Shown here: piece after piece, positions 1 through 8,470 of the stretch | How the letters are laid out: every line of letters begins with the position of its first letter | Position numbering within the stretch: position 1 is the stretch's first letter | Source: a virus | Lineage: Duplodnaviria; Caudoviricetes | DNA length: 30,172 bases | Reading direction: 5' to 3' (one strand) | IMG/VR virus record: IMGVR_UViG_3300005573_000937 | Span: 1 to 30,172 of that record | Notes under the pieces: model-generated | What the model was told of the DNA's origin: nothing | The model's input: only the letters and a program-made list of their open reading frames with translations | The model's database searches: none | Translations under genes and position numbers: made by a program

Positions 1-698
1 TGCATCTGATCCCAGGTGGCATTGTCGATCATGTCAGCGAAGGTCAGGATGCTCGGAATCTTGGCGTTGTCCTTGCCAAAGAACTCAGCGTTCCACCTCT
101 GCATCGCCAGGTCGCCCGCCGCCACCGTAGCCAGGGATTCGATCGGCGACAGGCCGATAAATGGATTGAGCGGGTGAAAGCGCTTGAAGTGCACGATCTG
201 CCAAGGGGGCAGCATGAGCGCCTGGCCATGGCCATCATTGAACTCATAGCCCTTCACGTACATGCGCCCATCAGGTACCGGCCGGACCTGATGACTGGGC
301 AGCAGCCAGAGCTCGTCCGGCTTCTGGCCTTCACCCGAGGCGTTCACGTACCAGTAGGCGTTGCCGGTAAGAGCACGATAGGCGAATGTCCCTACCAGGA
401 ACTCGAACCGCGACATCAGCGGATTTGGGTGAGCAAGGAGGAGCTCGAATGGATGATTGGTGATCTCCTCTTCGTCCTCAGCAACCAGCCGGCGCACACT
501 GAACGCCTGGCTGGCAGCGGCTTCGGCAACTGTATCAACAGCGATCGCCACCCAGGACAGCCGCTGGTACAGCTCAGATTGCGCCTCCGGCAATTGATAA
601 TCCGGCAGGCTCCAGCGATAGGCATCGGCCTGGCGCAGGATCGGTTCCGGGTAGGCCGGCTTCGCCTTGGTGCGCAGCAGATCAGCGATCAGTGCCAC
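1..698 (-). CDS. Phage portal protein (HK97-like), N-terminal part, truncated by window edge
   Basis: Not in ORF track. Manual translation from GTG at 698 is open to the edge and contains HPFELLLAHPNPLMSRFEFL, LTGNAYWY and IVHFKRFHPLNPFIGLSPIE, typical portal motifs. Lies downstream of TerL. Confidence 0.9.
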   Translation of the reverse strand, partial: MALIADLLRTKAKPAYPEPILRQADAYRWSLPDYQLPEAQSELYQRLSWVAIAVDTVAEAAASQAFSVRRLVAEDEEEITNHPFELLLAHPNPLMSRFEFLVGTFAYRALTGNAYWYVNASGEGQKPDELWLLPSHQVRPVPDGRMYVKGYEFNDGHGQALMLPPWQIVHFKRFHPLNPFIGLSPIESLATVAAGDLAMQRWNAEFFGKDNAKIPSILTFADMIDNATWDQM

Positions 699-837
699 GT
701 AATGCCCTCAATTCCACAATCACTACCAGGAATACACCAGCCGCAATGACAGCCGCCGGCACCGATACCAGAGCAATGCCAGCAACAATGGCGGCCACGC
801 CGACGTATTCCAGGGCGTCGTACCATCTCTCGCTCAT
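682..837 (-). CDS. Small 51-aa membrane protein between terminase and portal
   Basis: Manual translation MSERWYDALEYVGVAAIVAGIALVSVPAAVIAAGVFLVVIVELRALRGTDR; ATGA overlap with the TerL stop; hydrophobic. Confidence 0.7.
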   Translation of the reverse strand: MSERWYDALEYVGVAAIVAGIALVSVPAAVIAAGVFLVVIVELRALRGTDR

Positions 838-2063
838 ATGAACGCCACCAACTCTGCCGCCGCTGGTTGCAGCGCCGCCTTGAGCGCCAGGGCGCGAGCA
901 ATGACCGTGTCGTCATGCAGCCCTTCCGGTGCGCTGTAGCTGCTCCTGCCAGTGACCGCGCTCACTCTGCGTTCGTAGGCCTCCAGCTCCCCAGTCCATA
1001 CCGGGTCCGGTTGCCACTGCACCTGGCCCTGCTCGAACGCCAGGGCCAGCGATTCAATCAGCATGCTCTTGGTCGTCGCTGTCGTCTGGAAGCCGCGCAC
1101 CGGCAGACCATCACGTTGCAGCACCTCTATGATCGGATCGCCGATGCTGTTCGACTCGGCCAAGATCAGGCTCGGCTGCCAGCGATTAGCCAGAGCCTGC
1201 AGCCGGCCGCGCTGGACGACGTAATCAATTTGGTTGAACCGGTCGCGCGCCACCTCCCGCTGGCAATCAGCGCAGACAAGGCTGATCGCCGTAAAGTCCT
1301 CTTGCTTGCCCCAGTCCACACCGGCCACGATGCGGTGGCCGCGATGTTCCTCAGGGCTGCTGAGCGGCGCCTGCAGACAGGCAGATAGATTGCGGAAGAC
1401 ACTGCCTGCGCCTTCGATGAACTCGGCCAGATACTCTTGGCGAAATACGTCCTCGGGCAGATCGCGGCGAGCACTCTCGATCTCAGCCGGGTCAATGAAC
1501 GGATTGGCCGCTGTTGGAAAAGACCAACTTTGCCAGTCGCCCCCTTCGAGACCGCGTTGGTAATGCCGCCAGAACCAATTGCGGCCCCGAGGTGTACTGA
1601 TGAACAAAGCGCCGCCCTTGCGATCCGACAGGGCCGGCCGCAGCGCTTCCTGCCAGGCGTCCTCGACCACAAACGCACACTCATCCACGACGACGAAATC
1701 CAGGCCCTCACCCCGCAGGCTGTCGGGATCATCAGCCGATCGTACCTGCACGCTACCACCGCCCAGGAATGTCACCATCATGTCGCCATCGCGGATCGCC
1801 GCCCCGGGGAGCTGTGCCGCAAGCTGACGGATAAGCCGCCAGCCAACCGCTGCCACTTTGTAGGTCGGCGCCACCCACCAGGCACGTCCTTTCTGCAAAG
1901 CAGTGACAATGCAGAGCACTGCGCCGAGTCTGGTCTTGCCCCAACGGCGACCACATGCCAGGACGCGGAATCGCGCTGTGCTATCGCGCACCTCGCGTTG
2001 CCCGGAATGTAGAGGCGGCAAGGTGATCTCAATCAGTTTGCTCCGGCCAGCGGATGACAACAT
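834..2063 (-). CDS. terL: Terminase large subunit
   Basis: Walker A GRRWGKT, LRGEGLDFVVVDE (Walker B), ISTPRG coupling motif, nuclease GVDWG and HDDTVIA. Exact start uncertain (2036-2063). Confidence 0.95.
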   Translation of the reverse strand: MLSSAGRSKLIEITLPPLHSGQREVRDSTARFRVLACGRRWGKTRLGAVLCIVTALQKGRAWWVAPTYKVAAVGWRLIRQLAAQLPGAAIRDGDMMVTFLGGGSVQVRSADDPDSLRGEGLDFVVVDECAFVVEDAWQEALRPALSDRKGGALFISTPRGRNWFWRHYQRGLEGGDWQSWSFPTAANPFIDPAEIESARRDLPEDVFRQEYLAEFIEGAGSVFRNLSACLQAPLSSPEEHRGHRIVAGVDWGKQEDFTAISLVCADCQREVARDRFNQIDYVVQRGRLQALANRWQPSLILAESNSIGDPIIEVLQRDGLPVRGFQTTATTKSMLIESLALAFEQGQVQWQPDPVWTGELEAYERRVSAVTGRSSYSAPEGLHDDTVIARALALKAALQPAAAELVAFI

Positions 2064-2370
2064 CTAACCCGCCAGACATATTCACGTCGGTCTCGTTGCG
2101 CGGCGGCCCGTCCACCTGGCCGTACAGCCAGCGCACCAGTTCAAGCCAGTCCTGGCCGGTCATCGGGAACTCTATGCCATTGGGCAACTGCACAACTCCA
2201 TTCATGATTGCCTGCCACAGCGCTGTTCCCAACCAGCGCTTGGCCGCCATGCGCTTGCCGTTGATCTCAATAGTCTTCGACCCGGCCTGCTCCAACAGGC
2301 GGGTGAGGGCCCTATTTTTCTTTGGTCTACCCCGGGGGTTGCCGGATTGACCCTTTTGCCAAGCGCCCAT
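2029..2370 (-). CDS. terS: Terminase small subunit (DUF5681-like N-terminus)
   Basis: N-terminal WQKGQSGNPRGRPK motif; immediately upstream of and overlapping terL. Confidence 0.8.
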   Translation of the reverse strand: MGAWQKGQSGNPRGRPKKNRALTRLLEQAGSKTIEINGKRMAAKRWLGTALWQAIMNGVVQLPNGIEFPMTGQDWLELVRWLYGQVDGPPRNETDVNMSGGLDVVIRWPEQTD

Positions 2371-2399
2371 CTGATGCCTTCTGTAAAGCAGACAAAGTT

Positions 2400-2705
2400 T
2401 TACTTCTGACCGTCATCATCCAGCTGCCATACGGGGTCATGGCCAAGCTCGGTGATTTGATTGCACAACAGCTTGATGCCCTCGCGCAGCGTAGAAATGA
2501 CCGTCTTCTGCCGCTGCACCTCGGCCTCCAGTGCTGCCACCCGCTCCTGGAGGGGCTTCAACAGCGCGAGGACTGTCTGCGTGATTGCCGCTGTCGCCTC
2601 CCCCTCCGCTTTGCGCCGATTGGCCAAAGCAACCGCTAATGCCGAAAGACCTGTCACGACTGCGAGGATGACTCCGGCATCAAGGTCCATAAGGCGGCTA
2701 GCCAC
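2400..2705 (-). CDS. Membrane-anchored coiled-coil protein (lysis-associated?)
   Basis: N-terminal hydrophobic helix followed by heptad-like LQERVAALEAEVQRQK; overlaps the holin-like gene. Confidence 0.55.
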   Translation of the reverse strand: MASRLMDLDAGVILAVVTGLSALAVALANRRKAEGEATAAITQTVLALLKPLQERVAALEAEVQRQKTVISTLREGIKLLCNQITELGHDPVWQLDDDGQK

Positions 2706-2946
2706 GGACCGCCTTCTGGCCGCTGTAGAGGCCGGCAGCCGCCAGGCCCGAAAGAAGTCCCGCCATCTCGACCTGGAGCCAGGTGCCAGCGGCAGGTGAG
2801 TCCAATTTGAACGCGGTTGCTAGTAGCAGCCCGAGGCCCACGGCCAACGGCGCTGCCCACCGCGAGCTGAGGCCAGAGTTCTTGGCCAGCTGGACAACGG
2901 CTATGATCACCACAGCCGCCGGCACCCCATAGATAACCAGGTCCAT
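2698..2946 (-). CDS. Holin-like protein
   Basis: 82 aa with about 3 hydrophobic segments, GLLSGLAAAGLYSG and a basic C-terminus; RBS AGGAG. Confidence 0.7.
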   Translation of the reverse strand: MDLVIYGVPAAVVIIAVVQLAKNSGLSSRWAAPLAVGLGLLLATAFKLDSPAAGTWLQVEMAGLLSGLAAAGLYSGQKAVRG

Positions 2947-2961
2947 ATATCGCTCCTAACA

Positions 2962-3031
2962 GAGAGTCGGCCCTACATACATTATACAAGGCCGACCCCC
3001 GAATTCCGTCCGAATTGAAACTCAATTGAAA
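2962..3031 (-). promoter_or_regulatory. Putative late promoter (TATAAT) with inverted and direct repeats
   Basis: Minus-strand TATAAT (2981-2986) inside the inverted repeat GTCGGCC/GGCCGAC (2966-2972/2990-2996). No canonical -35; AATTGAAA occurs twice (3013-3020, 3024-3031). Confidence 0.55.
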
Positions 3032-3036
3032 ATTGG

Positions 3037-3261
3037 TCACTCAAGTTCTTGCATTGCGACCACCTGCCAGCCATCTACATCGCGATAGATCGGCAGGACC
3101 CGGCTGAGGCGGCAGAGAATACGGTAGGCACCGTCTTCGCTCAGGTGCAGAATCATCGCCGCCTCCTCATGTGAGATGCATTCGCCGTGGGCCAGCCACC
3201 AGGTCAGGATAGCTGCCCGTTCAACCGGGGTTTCCGGGTCCTCGCCTGGCAATCGCATCAA
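3037..3261 (-). CDS. Small HTH protein, possible late-gene activator
   Basis: ISHEEAAMILHLSEDGAYRILCRL is HTH-like; last gene before the late operon. Confidence 0.55.
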   Translation of the reverse strand: MMRLPGEDPETPVERAAILTWWLAHGECISHEEAAMILHLSEDGAYRILCRLSRVLPIYRDVDGWQVVAMQELE

Positions 3262-3767
3262 CCCTCCTGACGCCTCCGTGCAGCAGGAGCGGATCGCATC
3301 AGACCCACCTCGATCTCGACCCCTGCTGTCGTGGCATCCTGATCCAATGTCACTATCAAACTGCGCACTTGATGGTCGTCTTCATAGACAATCCCGTTCA
3401 TCCCATCGAGGCAGGCTTTGGCGAGATTATCGCAGTCGGCCCGGGCGGGGGCGTGGCAGAAACGCAGAATGACATAGACTGGCTCAGCAGTGCATTGCCA
3501 ACCCTGAACCAGGATTGCCTGCCGTGCCGTCCAGGCCAGAACCTGCTCGAATGCTTGCGTCCGGGCGGGCGTATAGACGTGACCGCCGCGTCCCAGTCTA
3601 GGCCGGGCCTTGGGAACCGGTTTGGCGTGGACCGTGAACCGCAGCGGCCGCACCGGTGTAAGACCTTCTATCACATCCTGCAGGCTGTCGAGTTCACGCA
3701 GAAGGCGAGCCCGCTCCACAGTGCATATAGCCAACTCCTCCTCAGGCGTGCCGCGCACAACCGGCAT
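3258..3767 (-). CDS. rusA: RusA-family Holliday junction resolvase
   Basis: PVPKARPR, DCDNLAKACLDGMNGIVYEDDHQV catalytic motif. Confidence 0.92.
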   Translation of the reverse strand: MPVVRGTPEEELAICTVERARLLRELDSLQDVIEGLTPVRPLRFTVHAKPVPKARPRLGRGGHVYTPARTQAFEQVLAWTARQAILVQGWQCTAEPVYVILRFCHAPARADCDNLAKACLDGMNGIVYEDDHQVRSLIVTLDQDATTAGVEIEVGLMRSAPAARRRQEG

Positions 3768-4489
3768 CAGCAGTTACCCTGCCGCTCTTCGCCACCGTTA
3801 CCGGGAGGCATGTAACACATGGTCTGGTTGGTGAACTCGTAGTAAGGCGGGTAGTAACCCCAAAACACCTGCCGTATTCCGGGTGTTACCAGCCGCTGCG
3901 TTTCTGGCGTCACTGGGATGGATCGCTGCGGCACACCGGCAACAATGACACTCTTGTCCTCGCTCACCTCCTCCACTTCCCATCTGAGAACCCGACCCCA
4001 ACCGTAGACACGCTTCTTGCCAATTGCCGCGATCGTCGCCAACAGGTCTTTGATAGCAGCAGCATCACCAACTGCCCACCAGCGGACCCAGGGCGCAACA
4101 CGATAGAAGACTGGCATGTGGTAGGCCTTGTAGCGCCCCTTGCTGGTCTCGATCCGACTTACAGCAACATCCAGGAGGTTGGTGTGCTTGCCCGAGTCCT
4201 CACGCTTGTTCCAATAATCGCGGCCCTCAGCGAAAGGCCGGCCCCACTCAGCAAACGAGCAGGCGTAATAGCGATACTCACCGTCATAGACCATCAGCAG
4301 GGGGAGCGTTGGCGCCATCATCTCTCTCGAAAGGGCAGCCAGCGAACCCTGTCCAGGGATGCTTGCCTCTGGCTGGCCATTGAACTGGCGCCGGCACGCC
4401 TCGTAGAGCAGTATGCCGTCGAGCGGCAGATACGGGTCAGAGATAACGCCGCAACGGAGCCAGGCAGTAATGCGGATCGGTCTAAACAT
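3767..4489 (-). CDS. csf3: Type IV CRISPR-Cas Csf3 (Cas5 family RAMP)
   Basis: LPLDGIL N-terminal motif, YYACS, G-rich loop IGKKRVYGWGRV, C-terminal RSIP...PPYY; clustered with csf2/csf1. Confidence 0.88.
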   Translation of the reverse strand: MFRPIRITAWLRCGVISDPYLPLDGILLYEACRRQFNGQPEASIPGQGSLAALSREMMAPTLPLLMVYDGEYRYYACSFAEWGRPFAEGRDYWNKREDSGKHTNLLDVAVSRIETSKGRYKAYHMPVFYRVAPWVRWWAVGDAAAIKDLLATIAAIGKKRVYGWGRVLRWEVEEVSEDKSVIVAGVPQRSIPVTPETQRLVTPGIRQVFWGYYPPYYEFTNQTMCYMPPGNGGEERQGNC

Positions 4490-5282
4490 AGATCGCCAGC
4501 TTCGGGAATTCGGCTACCAGCCGATTCCACAATCCTGGGTCGAGACGCTTCAGATAAGCGTAGCGGCCAAAGCCAACGGCAGCGGCACCGAGAACTGGAG
4601 CGATCCTCATCTCTTCCCGCTTTAGCCCCAATGCCGCCATCTTGTCGTATGCCGGGTTGTACGGTACCTGGAACGTGGCCAGGTAGGCCCAGATATCATC
4701 GACGCTCCAGAAAGCCAGCGGGCAGAGATGCCAGATGCCGTCCTCCTGGCAGAAATAGAACTCGCCCTTACGCAGAGCATTGAAATGCCGGCCAGTGCTT
4801 TCGTCTGCCCGCAGGCCAATTGCAACGGTCTCCAGGCTGAAGCGCTGGACAAACTCGGCTGAGGGCTCCTGGATCAGATGCTGGCCGAAATTGAACTCCA
4901 GGTCCGGCGTGCTAGTTGGGTGGCCCCAATAGCCACCCTGGCGGCACATTTCGAGCAGTGACGGCTTGGCAGCTATCACTGTGACGTTGGCGGTGGCGGC
5001 AATGAACTCGTAAGTGTCGCCAAGCTGGGCACCATCATCGAAGAACGCCGCCGGCGCCTCGGGGACAATCGAGCGGACAAGATGCAGCAGCACCGTGCTA
5101 TCCTTGCCGCCCGAGAAGGCGACGCCGATTGGGCCTGCCAGGGCAGCTTTTTCAATCAAACGCTTGGCCCGTTCGACCCTGCGCCTGAAAGAAGCAAGCT
5201 GCCCCAGCAAGTAGTCCGCCTTGCGGACTACTTCTCCTGCGGCCGCTTCTCGGCCATATCTCACCTCCTCATTGCATAGCAT
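4482..5282 (-). CDS. cysH: CysH-like PAPS reductase family protein (type IV-B accessory)
   Basis: PP-loop AFSGGKDSTVLLHL, GLRADES, PLAFWSVDDIWAYL, PYNPAYD; lacks the C-terminal ECGLH motif of metabolic CysH. Confidence 0.9.
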   Translation of the reverse strand: MLCNEEVRYGREAAAGEVVRKADYLLGQLASFRRRVERAKRLIEKAALAGPIGVAFSGGKDSTVLLHLVRSIVPEAPAAFFDDGAQLGDTYEFIAATANVTVIAAKPSLLEMCRQGGYWGHPTSTPDLEFNFGQHLIQEPSAEFVQRFSLETVAIGLRADESTGRHFNALRKGEFYFCQEDGIWHLCPLAFWSVDDIWAYLATFQVPYNPAYDKMAALGLKREEMRIAPVLGAAAVGFGRYAYLKRLDPGLWNRLVAEFPKLAIYV

Positions 5283-6234
5283 TCAGGAGCTCCCGGATGG
5301 CAGCAGCATTGTCGGACAGGTGCTTGTCGTAGGCCGCGCCAGCCGGCAGGGCTACCTGCGTACCCTGCGTTTTCAGCCGTGGGTTGATCTCGCACCAATC
5401 GAACTGCACGGCAATCTTGCCCATCCCGACCCGGCTCATGCCGCCGATGTATGGCCGCTTCGAAAACACTGCCAGACAGGAGAGAAAAGCTTCGTATTCG
5501 AGTTCGTTCAGGTCATGCAGAAGGATTTCCCAGTAGAACTCGCTGCCGGCGGCAAAGGTCTCAACGAAATAGCGCATCTGCTGGTGCTCGCCCACGGAAT
5601 CATCTGCCACATTCTCGCCCTGGCGCTGCTTCTCCCGTTTCGCGGCCGCTGACACTTCGAGAAGGTGCCGAACCTCAGGAGCAATCAGTAAGCGCAGATT
5701 CTCGTTCTTCTCGTCGTCGCGCCGGGTATAAGCCTCTTCCTGAAGCATTTCCCAGACGGACCGGTCCTTGTTGGCGAACCGATCCGGGACGATCAAGGCC
5801 GTCTCTCGGCAAAGGGGGAACAGTTTGCCGACTGTAAGCTTGCCCTCCATGATCTGGTTCCCCATTGCACCGCCAAATACAGAAACGAGCGGGATCAGGC
5901 GGCGGAGCTCACGGGCAGCATCAATATCCAGGCCGCGATCGCCAACCTTGGTAAGGGCACCACCAGAGAAGAGAAAGTAGAAGGCCGGCAAGGGCAGGCC
6001 ATGCACTTCCCCTGTCTCCTCGTCCACGCCATAGCCGAGCCGGCGGCACATGTAGAGCATGCCGCAATCGCGCAGCTGGCCACGAACACTGTTGCCGGAG
6101 ATGATCGGGATTTCCTCGATCCCGTCGGGGGTGACGACCTTTTCACGCCGCAGTTTGGCGTTGATCCCGAGCGTCTCGCCGATATGAGAAATGCTAGACA
6201 GAGCGGTTACAAGACCCTCAAACTGGTAATCCAT
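5269..6234 (-). CDS. csf2: Type IV CRISPR-Cas Csf2 (Cas7 backbone)
   Basis: ALSSISH, PIISGNSVRGQLRD, LFSGGAL, PLVSVFGG, G-rich loop IGGMSRVGMG. Start placed at ATG 6234 behind a GGAG RBS. Confidence 0.92.
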   Translation of the reverse strand: MDYQFEGLVTALSSISHIGETLGINAKLRREKVVTPDGIEEIPIISGNSVRGQLRDCGMLYMCRRLGYGVDEETGEVHGLPLPAFYFLFSGGALTKVGDRGLDIDAARELRRLIPLVSVFGGAMGNQIMEGKLTVGKLFPLCRETALIVPDRFANKDRSVWEMLQEEAYTRRDDEKNENLRLLIAPEVRHLLEVSAAAKREKQRQGENVADDSVGEHQQMRYFVETFAAGSEFYWEILLHDLNELEYEAFLSCLAVFSKRPYIGGMSRVGMGKIAVQFDWCEINPRLKTQGTQVALPAGAAYDKHLSDNAAAIRELLNAMQ

Positions 6235-6658
6235 TACCATCTCCTTCCTGCCAGAATGCATCGTCGGCGATCTCGGCATCGTCCCATTCATCCATCTCAG
6301 CGGCAGCCCGTTCGGCCCGTTGTGCCTTACGTTCTTCCGACCAGACTCGGACCTGCAGCACCAGCGTGGTCGCTTCGTCGCGGAACAAACGCAGCAGTTG
6401 CCTCTCCTCGGCAGGGGAGAGACTGTTGAGCAGTGTCTCGATCTGAGAGCGCTGGGCCTTATTCGTGCCCAGCAGTGGGACCTGCATCTTAGAACAGAGT
6501 GAGTTGACGAATCGGCTCAGGCTGTTCGTGTACGCCGCGCTGCGCACGTTGTCCGTCAGGATGCCCCAATACTTCAGCCGCTTCTCGCCCCACACCGACC
6601 AGTCCATGCTCAGGTGTACTGCCTGAATCAGTCTCGCTGCCGTCTCTTCCAATTCCAA
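6218..6658 (-). CDS. cas11: Type IV-B small subunit Cas11
   Basis: Small helical protein between csf1 and csf2; TTG start at 6658 with AAGGAGG RBS; YWGILTDNVRSAAYTNSLSRFVNSLCSKM. Confidence 0.75.
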   Translation of the reverse strand: MELEETAARLIQAVHLSMDWSVWGEKRLKYWGILTDNVRSAAYTNSLSRFVNSLCSKMQVPLLGTNKAQRSQIETLLNSLSPAEERQLLRLFRDEATTLVLQVRVWSEERKAQRAERAAAEMDEWDDAEIADDAFWQEGDGNGLPV

Positions 6659-7319
6659 CGTCTGCCTCCTTCTGGGCCAGAAATAGAGCCAAGGCGAATA
6701 ACGATGAACCACGCCACGGTCGGAGTGATCCTTCGAGCACCCGCCAGGAGCTCAAGCCAAACTTCACAATGCGATGGGCGAGATAATCCCCAGTCTCAAT
6801 TTCGTGCTTCGAAAAGAGCGTGAGGAGTGAGCACATTGCTGCGAGCAACGACTCCAGTCGTGCCATATCCGGCACCACCCGCTGCTCCTCAAATTGCCAT
6901 AGGCCAGGCTGGGCACGAAAGAGCAGGTGTTTTTGGCCCGAATCGGCGATGACAGCCAGGGCCGCCTCAGGCAATAAGGCGACCATGCGTTTCTTCTCAG
7001 CCTTCGAGAGTGCATACCATTCACCAGCCACGACAAAGTGGCTGTAGTTGCGCATGCATTGCGGCTTGTCCTTGCCAAGGCGAGTTTGCAGAAGAGCGCT
7101 GCGCTCGTCGGCACAGAAAGCACAGGCCGGGCAGACCCAGTCGCTTTGCCACTGCCGCGCCTTGTCGTGGTCGGTGAACGTCACCTTCACGAACTCGCGA
7201 TAAGGCACCGCCCGGCCGGGCAGGACAGCACCACAGAGCCAACATCTACCCTCAGCCGGAACCGCAGCGGCAACTTCGGGCTCACCAGCAGCTCGATAGA
7301 GCAATTCAGTCGCCGTCAT
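6489..7319 (-). CDS. csf1: Type IV CRISPR-Cas Csf1 (Cas8-like large subunit)
   Basis: Zn-finger CWLCG...FTDHD...VCPAC, SGQKHL motif; first gene of the csf cluster; low-complexity tail ending QLTLF. Confidence 0.85.
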   Translation of the reverse strand: MTATELLYRAAGEPEVAAAVPAEGRCWLCGAVLPGRAVPYREFVKVTFTDHDKARQWQSDWVCPACAFCADERSALLQTRLGKDKPQCMRNYSHFVVAGEWYALSKAEKKRMVALLPEAALAVIADSGQKHLLFRAQPGLWQFEEQRVVPDMARLESLLAAMCSLLTLFSKHEIETGDYLAHRIVKFGLSSWRVLEGSLRPWRGSSLFALALFLAQKEADVGIGRDGSETDSGSTPEHGLVGVGREAAEVLGHPDGQRAQRGVHEQPEPIRQLTLF

Positions 7320-7512
7320 TACTGCCGGCTCTCACTACTGGGATCATGCCATTCTCAAGCTGAGCAATGCGCTCCTGTGCGGCTTCGAGCGCGTGAGAGA
7401 GGCGCGTGATGCGGCCCTTCAGCGCCGCGATTTGGAGATACTGCATCTCGATGATCGTGCGCTGATTATCCAGCCGGTCCTCAAGAGTGAGAGGAATCTC
7501 AGATTTGTCCAC
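7306..7512 (-). CDS. Hypothetical coiled-coil protein
   Basis: 68 aa, RBS GGAGG, overlaps both neighbours. Confidence 0.6.
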   Translation of the reverse strand: MDKSEIPLTLEDRLDNQRTIIEMQYLQIAALKGRITRLSHALEAAQERIAQLENGMIPVVRAGSNDGD

Positions 7513-7795
7513 TTACTTCCTCCTCTCCATCCAGGCCGTCGCGACGTGCAATCTGCCCACAGCCAAGCCAATTCGGATTCCACTTCTGCACCGCCACCCG
7601 GCCCGGGTGGTGTAAGCGGCGGAGTTCGTGTGCAATCTGGCATTTCCAGATGGGGTGTTGATCCGAATCGCGCACTATAGATACGTTCTCTAGCCAAGTG
7701 CAATCTCTGCATACGCCGGTCGCGAACCCAAATGCCCGGTGCATTCGAGCAATGGCCTCAGGTTCCTTACCCATTACCTGCTTCCTCCCGGCCAC
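7499..7795 (-). CDS. Hypothetical Cys-containing protein
   Basis: CRDC...C...C pattern; fits the operon packing. Confidence 0.55.
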   Translation of the reverse strand: MAGRKQVMGKEPEAIARMHRAFGFATGVCRDCTWLENVSIVRDSDQHPIWKCQIAHELRRLHHPGRVAVQKWNPNWLGCGQIARRDGLDGEEEVSGQI

Positions 7796-7798
7796 ATA

Positions 7799-8233
7799 TC
7801 ATGCATGCTCCTCACGCCACACCTGCACGGCCTTGCGCAGGGCCTTGGCCGCCCTCTCGGCCGCATGGGCTTCACGTTGCACATCTTCTTCGTCCACGAG
7901 TCGACCCAGCTCGTGACAGATCGATGCATGCTGGTACTGATACTCCCGTTTCTCCCAGCGCTTGTCTGCATCTGCCCACTCGAGCACTGCGTCAATCAAT
8001 GCCTTAGTGTCCGAGTCTGGCTCGTAGATGAGGATCGGTCGCTCGACGATCCGCTCAACCGGTTTCTCTGCCTTGTAGAGGCCTGCCTTGTAGGCAGCGA
8101 GGTCAGCGCGGGCCAGCCCGACCTCTACCTGGAGCAGCCCAATAAGCTCATGCGCTTGGATAACGTGATCACGCACCCAAGACAGACTGACAGAATCGAG
8201 AATATCACCAGGCTTATCAACGTTGTCGCTCAT
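7799..8233 (-). CDS. Hypothetical protein
   Basis: Start reassigned to MSDNVDK (8233) behind GGAG; helical and charged. Confidence 0.55.
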   Translation of the reverse strand: MSDNVDKPGDILDSVSLSWVRDHVIQAHELIGLLQVEVGLARADLAAYKAGLYKAEKPVERIVERPILIYEPDSDTKALIDAVLEWADADKRWEKREYQYQHASICHELGRLVDEEDVQREAHAAERAAKALRKAVQVWREEHA

Positions 8234-8465
8234 GCTTACTCCATTTGGGCTCTTGAGCCTCATGCTTCTTCTGTTCCCGTATCCACGCCACCTCTTGTGC
8301 CGCTTTACATATCGCCCGTGACTGGGGATTGCACACATCCTTGCACTCATCCGCCCTGCCCCACATCTCCCAGCCAAGCGTCAGCACGTGGCAGCCAGAA
8401 GCAACAAAGGCCTCGTAGAACTCGCGCAGTGCCCGCAGTTCTTGCTTTTTCCAATCCTTACCCAT
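8217..8465 (-). CDS. Hypothetical protein
   Basis: 82 aa directly after the clamp gene, overlapping the next ORF. Confidence 0.5.
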   Translation of the reverse strand: MGKDWKKQELRALREFYEAFVASGCHVLTLGWEMWGRADECKDVCNPQSRAICKAAQEVAWIREQKKHEAQEPKWSKHERQR

Positions 8466-8470
8466 AGCCT

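Noticed and set aside
174-749. Plus-strand 191-aa ORF and similar long antisense ORFs across the window (e.g. 8388-9272, 24929-25855, 27305-28141)
   Set aside because: Shadow ORFs of GC-rich minus-strand genes with clear phage motifs.
689-916. Cys-rich 75-aa ORF
   Set aside because: An alternative frame (682-837) gives a coupled hydrophobic protein typical of this position.
4482-5282. Auxiliary metabolic gene for sulfate assimilation, or DndC
   Set aside because: It lacks the catalytic C-terminal ECGLH motif, no other cys or dnd genes are present, and it is embedded among csf genes.
2947-7512. CRISPR array or mini-array near the csf genes
   Set aside because: Genes overlap with no gaps, and no repeat-spacer periodicity was found by eye here or in other intergenic regions.
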